From positions 33,480,001 through 33,544,000 of the forward strand of contig NC_092352.1 of NCBI RefSeq assembly GCF_963676685.1: 64,000 nt of DNA, in the 5' to 3' direction. Each line of letters opens with the position of its first letter. Position 1 is the first letter of the stretch. Of this stretch, positions 39,680 to 51,639 are shown in pieces. Made by a program: the position numbers and the translations under genes. The notes under the pieces were generated by a model. It saw only the letters and a program-made list of their open reading frames with translations, was not told where the DNA came from and made no database searches. This DNA is from Mytilus edulis (Eukaryota).

Positions 39680-42600
39680 TACGATACAAACCACTACCTG
39701 TTCAATAACTGTCAGTAATGAAATAATGAAAGTGTTCCAGTCTTATTTTATGCATAAATTTATATTTTTATTTTAAATTTTAAATTAAGAATTGAAATTG
39801 GGAGTGTGTCAAAGAGACAATAACCCAACCAAAGAGTAGACCAAAGGCCACCAATGGGTTTTCAATGTAGGGAGAAACTCCCTCACCCAAAGGCTTGCTT
39901 CAGCTGGTCCCCAAACAAAAATGTATACTAGTTCAGTGATAATGGATGCAAACTGAACTCTGAAATGTACACAAGAAACTCAAATTAAAAATCATATAAG
40001 ACTATATATAACAAAAAGAAGATTGCAAATTTATCAGAAGGAGATATCAGGAATTTATATTGACTTTTACTAAGTCAATACGTTATAGGACCTGTTATAT
40101 GATACTGACACTCGTCAAAAGTCCATAATTGATAAATAATATTCAAGTGCAAGATAAAAACTGTTTCGTCCCTGCCAAGGGAACTCATCAGGTGGCTTTT
40201 AAATGGCTACCACGACAGTTATTTAATTTTAATTTACTTTCTTTTTTTTTCTCTTTTTTTTTTATACAAATATCTAAATATTTGTATATCCATATTTTCA
40301 TAGTGTTACTAAAGCTGAAGAGCAACATTTATGGTAAATTTTTCTTACAGCATAAACACTTTAAAATATGTTGAAAAACTCAATTAAAGGTAATTTGTAA
40401 CATACTTGAGGTTTAATACTGGAAAGCAAATCAAATGATGTGTTCTGAATGATGCATGCAGATCCAAATGCATGATGCATATGTGCATGGTTGTCTTTTC
40501 TTTCATCGTGCACATTTGTCATCCAGTTAATATTATCCCCTACAAGTCTAATTCTTTTTCCTGATTTTAAGGCATCTATGACTGCAGAATTAAAGTGACC
40601 TCCATACTTGTCTAATATGGTAAGGCTATGTCCATAACTCATGCATGCCCCAATTGAATGTAGACGATCAAATACCTGTAAAAATTGAAATTTCAATAAT
40701 TTTAGTCTCTTTAAGAAAGTGTTTGATGAATAAATTGCTTAAAAGTAACTCTTCAATTCACAAGATGTATGCTTATACAACTAGGTCCATTGTCATTTTT
40801 CGGATAGTCTCATTGGGAAATGTACCTTTTCTTAATATTTTAACATCAAGAATTGGTATAGTTAGACAATAAGGTTGATAGTAAACCTGAAGTTGCGTCA
40901 CTGTAATTACATGTGTGTGTTTGATTACATTTAAAGATGCTAAGAATCATATGTGGCTTTATTATGGAAGTTGGTTGTTGTCTATCATATTTTTTTTCAA
41001 CATAAATCATGCTATAATGGTATTCTTAAAGTTATTTAGATTCTTTTGCAATTGTTATTTGGTTTTTATGTCTATGCCTTATGGTATGAATTTGCTCATA
41101 GTTGTAGACTGAATTGAAGGGTGACTTATGGATGCTTATATCCACATTTGTATGGTGAATAGTATGTTTGATTGGTTATCATACCACTATTATTTTAGTA
41201 ATCAATGATTCATTAAATGGGGGGAAAAATAGGTAGTGATTTTTTTATCTTTTTTTTTTATATTGAATGGGAGATAACTCTTATACAAATTTGAGTAAAA
41301 TAAGAATTTGTAAAGTTAAAAATACTACGAGTTTCTCCAATTTAATGAACAGCAAAGATAAATTTGTTCTTGTTGGCTTAGCCAAGTTCTGTAAAATTGT
41401 AATGTCAATTTACAAATGATATTTACCTTCCCATTTATTCATGCATTTGTAAATATGTTTGTTCATGCATTATATCTTATTTGTTATATTGTTGTACTAT
41501 CATGCCTCATGAGAGGCCTTTAGTGAAATGAAATGTTTCATTTTTCATGTTTCAAGAAAACAAATTAGTTGATTTAAAACTCAAAGCAGGTACATTTAAC
41601 CCAAATTTGATTTGATTTGTCATATGCTTTTTGGGGAATAAAGTTATATTTTCCCTATTGTAATTTTATTATAATTTTATATATATTTTATTTTAAGTCT
41701 AAATTTATGGACTAAGTAATTAAGTAATTGTGTTGGAATTTGTATCATAACTTATTTAGAAATTTGAAATAAAAATCGCAGTAAATTCATAGTAACCCCC
41801 CCCCTTGCCACCCCCTTTAGGGCCTTAGTGTATATATATTAACTTTAATTTACCTTTTGATCACACAAGTTGTCAAACAATATTGTATTAATCATGTGCT
41901 GAACCTTGCTCAATTCTTGGTTGCGACTCTGTGCAAGCAAAGAGTAAATAAACCCTATCCTCGGGACCATTGATGTAATTCGATCAGACTTTGTTTTTTC
42001 TGTCAAGTTATCTGGTAGCATAAAACTCAATATTGTGCGACATAAAACTGGGAATTCATCACAAAGTTCTTCTACAATTTGACTCCAATTAAAATTTATC
42101 ATATCCTCAAATGATTTCCCATTCAATACACTAAGTTTGCCTCTTTTTCTGTTTTTTAAAATATCATGCTGGTTGGATAATATTTTCATCAGTTCATCAG
42201 TTATAAGATGTTTGAAGGAATCATACTTTAAAAGAGTTTGAATAAGTGCAGATCTGGATCCCAGCGGCAGAACTGACACGATTTCAGCTAATTCTACTGG
42301 TGATAAATTATCATATTGTTGTTGTTTGACTATTATTTTTTTCAAACTTTTCACTGCTAATGTCTCTTCTTCTTTGGGTAAAGTTTCTTTTGTAGTCTTA
42401 ATTTTTGATCTCTTCCTGGGTGTACTAACAGCACTATAGATGTGATCATGACATTCAACATTTATAGGTGTATCCTTAAATAATTCTTTACTACATGTAA
42501 CTGTACTATTTGATTTGTTTTTCCTATTAAGAGTAAGACTATTTGTTTCAATTTCAATTTCAGGTGTAGACAGTGATATCCCAGAATCGTTAAGTGTATC

Positions 42601-43780
42601 ATGATGCTTGGGTCTGATTGGCGTGCATGTAATATTTGATATGTCCCCGAGCTGTTTTCTCACAGTGTTACAATTTTGTGGTGTTGAAATATTACTGGAA
42701 GTTGACATGTGTGTTGATTTCGGTGATGAAGGTGTAGGATTTTCAACATTTTCTCCATTGTTACTAAGTTTTTTGGCAGGGTTTGTATTTTCATCTGTAA
42801 GACAACGTTTGGGTGATATCAAATGAAAATTTTGATAACATTTAAATTTGAATTCTCTGACACTATTGTCAAGACTTGACAACTTTCGCTCACATGGTCT
42901 GCATATGGCACCGTCAACCACATCAATTTCTCCATATTTTAATAAAAGTTGAGCAATTCTTTTCTTTTGTCCATGACTTGAGTCTATCAATCTCCATTCA
43001 ATTTTTTTCTCTTTTTGTATTTTACAAACCACGCATATGTTCAGGTTTGTTTTTCGTGGTGACGGCATTTATTGAAGACAAAGTACGATTATGATATTTC
43101 ATGACATAAGAGTTATACATAGTATGCATCAGTAATTTCTACTGTTTCAGTGTCAGTTCATTATTTTTCTGTGATCTGAATTTCTTTATTAGCAATACTA
43201 GCAGTATTTATCTAAAAAATCGTGTCGTCTGTTTGTTTACATTTTCTCCATTACTAAATGTTGCGTGTATATATATTAAAGTTGATTTATAAGGTTTACA
43301 TGTAATAATGTCTTCTGCTTCTATCTTTACAATGTATATTACTGATTTTTTCTTCTTGTCTGATTCTAAATTTCTTACAATTCTTGTTAATTCTTAAAAA
43401 ATACTATCGTCTGTTGTTTACATTTTCGTTAATATTCCGGATGTTGTACAGTGACGTTGCTATGTAACATAGTAACGTGAAATCTCGTTAAAATCTCCAG
43501 GGCAAAATTTTGCCCTAAAATCGGGCCGTACCGGTTGTTTAAGTGAAGCGTAATACAAGCGGATTCCAGTTTATGAAAACAATAGAGGGTTCTTTTTTTC
43601 ATGTCTATGCTGGTCAGTACCAACCATTTTGATTAATTACACCAACAGTATACTTGTATAAAAAAAGTGCAATAACGTGTTGGAAACCAAATTCACAACA
43701 GAAAACCATAATCACTTCACCAAAGGGAGCAGTTATTTCACAACAGCATTCAAAAATGAAGAAATTTATCTATCCTGTTA

Positions 43781-46136
43781 TAGATAAGATTTATAAGATA
43801 AGATAACTTTATTAGCACTAACACATTGACAATAAATGGTTATGGCAACAAATTAAAGACTAACTACAATAACATATATACAATGAAGGAGTGACAGTGG
43901 ATAATTATGAGAGAAATATATAAAAAATAAATGAGAAGCATATACATTATTACAGAAATCAAGTACCTTTTAATAATGAGTTTCTCACCAACAAGCATTC
44001 ATTCAAATAGTTGACAACAATTTTTAATATTGTTTGGGAATTACTATTTAGAATTGATAGAAGCAAGTTATATGATAAGGAAGGAAATTTGTTGTTCAAT
44101 AGAACATTATTTAATTTTTTAATAAGGTTATCTCTCACATATTTATAGGAGGAACATTTTAAAAGAAAGTGAAGTTCATCTTCAATGTCTCCATTGTTGC
44201 AGCAAAGACATACCCTACTCTGCTTTGGTATTTTTAGATATCGCCCTCTTTCAATAGATAAAGTATGAGCACTTAACCTCAATTTACATAATGTTGATCT
44301 ATCACTTTTGGATTTGCATTGATCAACATACGAGGGTCTTTTATTTGGTTTATAAAGTATATTAAAAAAGTTCAATTTTTTATTTTGATTGATGTCAGTC
44401 TCTTGCTTTTGGAAGGCTATATCATTGATTCTCTCTTGAATGGGTTTTAAATACATCTTAATATCAATAGGATTTAGATAAATAAAATGAAATCCAAGTC
44501 TTGAAATGAGATTTTTCATATTTATTATCCAAGAGTTATTTTTTTTCAGTTGCTTTATATATTTTTAGGGCAAGTGAATTATTTGATTCAAGTATATGAA
44601 GCCAATATTTTATTGCTGAAAATTCTATTCTGGTATATAAAGGCAATCTATTTAGCTCGGCTAAACATGCAGCATTTGATGCTTTACAATGTATTCCTAG
44701 AATTTCGTTAATAAATTTATACTGCAAGTATTCAAAGGGATCTGAATCCCTGTGTTGTTTGCCTATTCCCCATACTTCACTACCGTATAGAGCAATAGGC
44801 ACAACTAGGGAGTCAAATAATTTTTCTAATAGCTTGCATTGGTTATTTAGTCCAATTGTTTTTTTTATTTTAAAAAGTGCTTTTCTACCCTTTTCAACAA
44901 GCAATGAGCTGCACAGATTTAGATTTCCTGTGTGCTGCAGTGTCATGCCAAGGTAGCAGTATGATTTGACAGTTTCCAGGAATTCGTTATTACATTTAAA
45001 AAAATTATTATGGGTTTTTCCATTTGAGTTAAATATAATGACTTTTGATTTGTTTATGTTGACTTCTAGTTTCCAGCATTTACAAAACTCACTAAGAACA
45101 TTTAAAGCTGTTTGTAGTCCCTTTTCAGAATTTGATAATAAAATTATATCATCTGCAAATAAAAGGGAATTTATTGTTGTATCTCCAATTACAATGGGAT
45201 CTGTATTAGCATCTTGGAGACTTTTTACCAAATTATTTATGTACTGATTAAATAATAAAGGACTGAGAACATCTCCCTGTTTAACGCCACGGTTGGAGAT
45301 AAATTCTTCACTGAGACCATTTTGGAATTTAATTCTACATGTAGTATCGTCATACATAGAATGAATTATATTAAAAAGTTTACAGGGTAATTTAAGTTCT
45401 AAAAGGATATAAAATAATCCATTTCTCCAAACTGTGTCAAAGGCCTTTCTGAGATCAACAAAGGCAGCAAACACCTTCTGTTTCTTATTTTTCTTTTGTT
45501 CTATAATACATTTCAAGGTGAATATGTGATCTGAGGTACGGGATCCAATTTGGTTTTCACTAATAATGTTGTGTTCATTCATGAATTTTGTAATTCTCAT
45601 ATATATAATTTTATTGAATAATTTTCCAAGATTGGAGGTTATAGAAATACCTCTGTAATTTGAAGGGTCTAGCTTATTGCCCTTTTTGTGTATTAATGAA
45701 ATAAAACTTTCATTCCATACCTTAGGAAATGTTCCTTCTTTGAAGATTAGGTTAAATAATTTAGTTAAAGGGTCAACTAGTACAGGTATACCATATTTAA
45801 TCATTTCATTTGAAATCAAGTCCTTTGCACTGGATTTGCCATTTTTTAAGGTTTTAGAGGCTTTGATTATTTCATCTGATGTTATTGGTTGGTTATAGGA
45901 CATATTTATATTATTGTTTTTTAGTGCATTTATTAGCTCATCTAATTTTTTAAGGATAGTTTTGTGAAATTTATTGTCCTTTGGTTGAGCTTCACAAGAA
46001 TTTAAATTTTTGAAGAAGTTATAGAATGTTTGCTCGTCCAGTTTTTCGGTAGTATTATTTTCTGATGCTCGTTTCAATTTATTAAGTAAGTCCCAGAAGG
46101 ATTTAGGGTCACTTTTGATATTATTGGACAGATCAG
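43781..46136 (-). mobile_element. 5'-truncated non-LTR retrotransposon (RT plus C-terminal Cys/His knuckle)
   Basis: ORFs 44536-46077 (NYRGIS, DLRKAFDTV, GVKQGDVLSPLLF, LFADD, YLG) and 43959-44519 (CLCC..EDELHFLLKC) are joined across an A-run frameshift. AATAAA plus (TCTTA)n tail. 13-bp duplication ATCTATCCTGTTA at 43768-43780 and 46137-46149. Confidence 0.93.
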
Positions 46137-46181
46137 ATCTATCCTGTTACTATGGTTGCTATGGTTACAGTAACAGGATTT

Positions 46182-46731
46182 GAATGTAAGTTTTGATCCA
46201 CGACCGGAAAAGTTTCGCAGTGTTATTGGATACAATGACTATTTTAGAAATATTTGTTTGAACCATACAAACATTGGTTCATTTCCTATATCACACCTTT
46301 TTCAACCAGTTAAATCCGTATGCTATTGCAGTAGATCATGATTATTTCAAGCTTTCACCTGAGGATCACTGGCTAAAAGACAACAAATTATTTCAAACAG
46401 ATGAAGACATAACTTCAATAGTAAATCAATCCAAGAGCAAACAATGGCTTTATGAGAGATGCAAGCGTTTGACATCTTCAAATTTTGGCAGAATATGTAA
46501 GGCAACAGACAGGACAGACTTTCACAATCTTGCTTTATCATATACAAGGAGTTCTGCATTGTATACAGCAGCTATCAAGCATGGTAGACAGTATGAACCA
46601 GTAGCAATAGAGAAATATGAATCGATTACGAAGCTAGAAACTGTTAAATGTGGATTATTTGTGTCAACAATGCATCTTTTTCTTGCTGCTTCTCCAGATG
46701 GATTAACAGAAAACAATACATTGTTAGAAAT
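46182..46731 (+). pseudogene. YqaJ/lambda-exonuclease-like nuclease fragment
   Basis: FDPRP...DHDY, Q..S..W..ER..RLTSSNFGRIC, AIKHGRQYEPVA, CGLFV, LAASPDG, LLEI. It breaks before the expected KCP and has a frameshift near 46300. Confidence 0.85.
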
Positions 46732-47551
46732 CCTATATCAGAAGTGCATGGATCATTTATTTCAATATTTTCTTCTGTAAATAATATTTCAGATTTTGTT
46801 TTGTTTCTTTTAAAAAGTCGATCACTTCTGTCTGGGGTGTTTGAGGATAATTTTCTTTTCTAACAAAATACAGTTGGAACTGATCCTTTTTTAACTGTTT
46901 TCTGCTAACAACTGTGCCTACAAGAATAAAAAAATAATTAACTATTAATATTAAAAAGATGACCTGATAATTTTTTTTATCTGTTTATCATACACTATTT
47001 TTATTAATCCAGCTTACTTAACAGATAAAACAAACACATTAGAAATCATCACAGCCGGGTATGACATGTGAAAGTATACATTACCTTACATTGATAATTA
47101 ACAAATTATGCTACATGTAATTACAAATAAATCTTTGTATCATGAGTTAACAAAATAAAAAAAAGAAAATATTCTATTTACATTTCTATTGCAACAAATG
47201 CTCCCATCTTAATTATTCTTCCCTTTATGAGATTAAATTAATAAGAATTAAAAGAAAAATATCATGAGCGTATTTTAGACTTTTTTAAATGAATTTTTGA
47301 AGTATTACATTTTTGGAATTTAATTTCAATATACACTTACCAAAACTTGTAATTGATGTATTATAGTCACTTTGCAAAAAATGATCATGGCAAACAACAC
47401 TGCTTTTGCTTGGTGTCCATTCTTTATGTTTTTTCTCATAAGAGTTTCTTTTGATTGCATTTAACCATTTCTTTTTTAATTCCCCATCTTTTGGGAAATG
47501 ATGCCCACCTCTGTTAGAACATCAAGGTACACAACAACAAGTAAATGGCAT
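46732..47551 (-). pseudogene. THAP zinc-finger N-terminus of a transposase (absent from the ORF track)
   Basis: 47551-47341 translates MPFTCCCVP*CSNRGGHHFPKDGELKKKWLNAIKR...WTPSKSSVVCHDHF, then a GTAAGT intron, then an exon from ~46917 carrying GSVPTVF after a 1-bp slip. Confidence 0.85.
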
Positions 47552-48502
47552 TTCAATTAACAAAACTTAATACTATTTATATGTACAGAAATATGAACAC
47601 TGTAATTTTATATAGGATATATAGATAAGAGATGCTGTGTGTGTTGGACCTGAACTACAACACTGCCACCTGGGTTATCATTAAAGGGGAATAATTGACC
47701 AATGTCCCTCATTGTATCTGTACAGAAACGTCGTTAAATTTTTTTATCTTAACATATAGTTGCAAAACGAATGGACGAAAGGAAATATTTCGTTGTTTGA
47801 ACTCATCTTAAAGTTATAACGTCTTATTCATCCAAATTAAGCATTTTGCAGGTACAATACTGATATCGGTATAACAGGATCATAGACAAAAAGGTAACAG
47901 GATAGACTTTTATATAGTGATATCATAAACGTACGATCCTGTTACCAATGAAAGAAGGAGAAAAGTAAACTTTTATAACTGATGAGGAATTTACTTGATG
48001 TTGGATTTATTTGAAAGAGAGAAATTAATGCACTCATGCACACATTGTGTACAACAAGAGCAGCATTGTGTAGTACTGTATACAAAATAATTAATTGCTC
48101 AATAAATATTACAAATAAAAAATAAGTTAAACGGAAACATTTTATCACTACGGGTGAAAAAGGTTTTCAGTATCTGTGAAATAAGTTTAGGATAGTACAA
48201 GCGTAGAATACTGAAAATTTTCCAGATAGATTATAATTAGAGTTAATGCACTTCGCATTAATGTTATATATGGTTCAGCACATGTATAATTAACCCAAAG
48301 AAACTTTAGCCTGGTAAACTTGTTGTCTCCTTGTGAAAAATAAAACATATTAAAATAATTTCCTGCTAAAGTCTTTTATTTTTTATAAAGTTAAAACCTT
48401 CATGCTTCTCACTAGACAACCTTTCTGTCCTGTCAGGTTTAATTCTTATATACGTGGATGAAAAATATAAGTCCCAAAAACATTTTAACATGACAGCAAT
48501 TG

Positions 48503-48779
48503 CTTTTGGTACCTTACACTACAGGGAGATAACTCTGAAAAGTCAGCTAAACGTTTTAATTACGTTGTGCTGTAAATGGAATATTAAGCTTCTCAATGAT
48601 CAAAATTGGTGTTTGTCAAACTGCTATAACCAGTGTAATTTTTCTGACAAAACATATGGTTCAAAACTTTTGAAATTTTTATATTTTTGTTAAAGGGTCA
48701 AAGTAAATACTTTGTCAAAATTTTATGAAAATTAAACGAGACAAGTTAATGTTAGTGAAAGTGTTGGGTACCACCTTAA
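48503..48779. mobile_element. Short MITE (GGTACC..ACACT ends)
   Basis: tggtaccttacact at the left versus agtgttgggtaccaccttaa at the right. Confidence 0.5.
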
Positions 48780-50011
48780 GGCTTTGATTTTTTTTTACAG
48801 AAGAGTGTCCACCATGCACTTGCACTGCACTATAAAAAATAGTAGAATAGAATGATCATATACAAATAGATGAAAATTATATATACATGCAACCATAATA
48901 ATAAAATAATATAAAACAACAAACCAGTGTATTCTCGGGGACTATTATAAGTATAATAGTCCAATGTATACTGATTTCTTGCACTACAATATAATAGTCA
49001 TTACGGTGAGGTTGAATTTCATGTCATTTATTCATCATCCAAGCACGAACTTGTACCAGAAAAACATATCTCTGTAAATTAACCCTAGTTTCATGTATAG
49101 AGATTTGATCTGTTTCTGTGACCTGCTTTTGACCATGCACAAGAACCTGCGGTCATCCGATGTTCAGTACTTCAGTACTTTGATTTTTTTATGGAATGTT
49201 GAGATGGGGTTCAACCTGTGCTTCCTATAACCTATGTGAGATAAAACATGATGTACAATAGACCTGTCTATCGGTTTTGTAATTGGTGGTACAAGTGACA
49301 GCCTTAAAATTTCTTCAATTTACCAACAATGTTTTATACCTTTTCGGGATATAATCTAAAAACACGTTCTCTGAATTTTCTTTTGATTCAGTTTTCCTAA
49401 AACTTAGATGATCGATATGTTTTATAAAAAATATTATACTCGGCAACGTTTACGGGAAATATCCAGTTAACGCTAAATTTGAACTGGTGAAATTGTACGC
49501 ACTGGATTACAATACATCGTACTTGGTTGAATTATTTCTGAAAATAAATATCTTACACAGGAATAAGTGTATAGGGACAGTTTACCCGAATAAAACCCAG
49601 TGATGTCCCATCTTATAAGTCACAACCATGCCATCCCTCTACAGTGAAACTTCTCTAAGATGTTTATCATGAATAGAATTGTTATTATTATAATTTATTT
49701 TATGCTTCGTACAGATCTAATGAATGAAAAGATATAAGAAGATGTGGTTTGAGTGCCAATGAGTCAAATCTCCATGCAAGTCACAACTTGTTAGAATAAA
49801 CCATTATATGTCAAAGTACGACCTTCAACAACATGAACACGTAGCCTTGGCTCATACCAAAACCCTTTTCCAAATGAGTTTTACAGTTTTTTTTTTATTG
49901 TACTGTTAAATAAATTCTATTTGCGATCTGAATAATCAAAATTTATCAGTGGTCTTGAAGGAGATATAAACGTTCAAGTTATAATAATATATTGTTTCGG
50001 TTCAATCATTG

Positions 50012-50235
50012 CGTCTGGTGTATTTCTGGTTTTAACATCAATTCGCGACTGGCGTATTTTTGGTATTTTAACACAAATTTGAATATGGTGTATTTCTGGT
50101 ATTAACAACAATTCGCGGCTGGTGTATTTTTGGTATTAACATCAATTCGATTCTGGTGTATTTCTGTTATTAACCCCAATTCGAGGCTGGTGTATTTTTG
50201 GTATTGTAACAGCAATTCGTGTGTGTGTGTGTTTT
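50012..50235. repeat. Minisatellite, ~34-37 bp unit, ~6 copies
   Basis: ctggtgtatttYtggtattaacaNcaattcg repeated in tandem. Confidence 0.85.
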
Positions 50236-51639
50236 TTGGTTTAAGCATCGATTTGCTTATACCTTGAAACAAGACTTGATGTTCAGTAGATTTTATAAAA
50301 TCTGTTCTGTGTATTGCAAATGATCGACGTGTCTATATATAATTTTGTTTAATACTACAAATACAGCCACCAGCTTTTTGAATGCTTCTTTTGTAAATTT
50401 ATTGAGTTGTAAACTCGTTGATCGAAATACATTTTGTATAAAGCGCGAGAATTCCGCGCTCCATTTCTAAAAAAGTGCGCATGGTCAACGCTTTCACAAC
50501 TCTATAAAACTACCAAAAGAAGCAATGAAACACAAATGTGATGCATTTATCTACTAGACTAAGTATTATAATACCAAATTAGCCTGTTTTTTTTATGAGT
50601 TTCTATAGTACCTGAATTATACAGTTCTGAAGTGCTTTTTGTAAAGTGATTACATTTGACGTTCTCTGATGTACCATTTGCTATTCCACTTACCGAAAAT
50701 ATAATAGAAGATAATGTTTTAACAAAAATACCGAAACTCCAAAATAACATCAAAAGGGTGAGTCCATAAAAACTAAAGAACTAAGAACTAAGAAAACCAA
50801 ACGTTAGACTTTGTCGATCTTTGTCAATCACAGGGGTGAATGGAAAAAAACCCTGTCATGTTCCTTGCTTAGTTCAGGCATTTTCCCACGAAAATGATGA
50901 GTTAAACCTGGTTTTATAGCTAGCTAAATCTCCGACTTGTGGAGAAGTGAAATATATAAAAAGCAAGTGCCCTTCAAAAATAAAAAAAAAACATCATCAG
51001 ATCCGAGTACACAGTTATTTCGTAGTGCATTTCTTGTAGACAATAAATGAAAATAATATACCAAAATTATAGTAAACTTCACCGGCTCTAACTCAAAATA
51101 AGGACAATTTTGTGTTAAGGGGTCTTGAAATCTTTTGACAGCTTCCGAAGTGCTAATTTTTAACCTTTTTCAGGTGGATCAAATCACTTCTTTACTTTAA
51201 AATTCATGACCTATTTTTTCATAGTGTCAATTCATCCTCCTACTTGCTATTTGAGGCATAACACATGAAGAACCGATCTAGTTTAAATCGATCTAAATGT
51301 CCTAGTGTGAAGGGGGTATACTTTGCTATCTAGATGTCTTTTAGTAACTGTTATTCTTGTCGTTGTGTTGCTGTCTGATTGACTTAGTTCCCCGTCTCCT
51401 GGTATTCTAGGAATAGAATGCTAAAGAAAATTTTCAGCTCGTTTTCTTTTTTATTCATTGAAAGTTCAAAATGAAGAAAGAAAATTAAAAACATCAGGAA
51501 ATCATTGGATTGTTCTGTATAAACTTCAATGACTAAAAATCAATGAATAATTCTACAAAATATAAAATAAAAGTAATAATAAAAAAACTTTTTGAAATAT
51601 TTACGCCTTGAAACAAATTTTAGTTTTCATGCGTCACCG

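Larger units (their letters stand above)
34148..43068 (-). pseudogene. AcademH-type transposase (reconstructed 1017 aa), frameshifted in the last exon
   Basis: Phase-compatible exons 43068-41854, 40675-40406, 39285-38454 and 34900-34148. N-terminal CxxC...CxxC; motifs LVGDNIN, GGDQLTRER, FELFHLCMN and IPCDLQMEY (candidate D-D-E). A 16-bp tandem duplication at 34847-34878 breaks the frame. Family assignment rests on remembered motifs and context, not a search. Confidence 0.82.
23244..43573. mobile_element. AcademH-type DNA transposon (helicase + transposase), both ends present, inactivated
   Basis: Perfect 9-bp duplication TGAAAACAA at 23235-23243 and 43574-43582. Imperfect ~55-bp TIRs: TAAGCTGG...ACAGCCGGT..CCGAT versus the right-end reverse complement TAAACTGG...ACAACCGGT..CCGAT. 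Convergent RecQ-like helicase and transposase genes inside. A 9-10 bp TSD with a RecQ-like helicase defines AcademH. Confidence 0.88.
43769..47906. mobile_element. Internally deleted ISL2EU-like element (YqaJ nuclease + THAP protein), left end interrupted by the LINE
   Basis: Inverted termini TCTATCCTGTTAC / GTAACAGGATAGA (47894-47906). Convergent YqaJ and THAP remnants meet near 46730. Confidence 0.65.
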
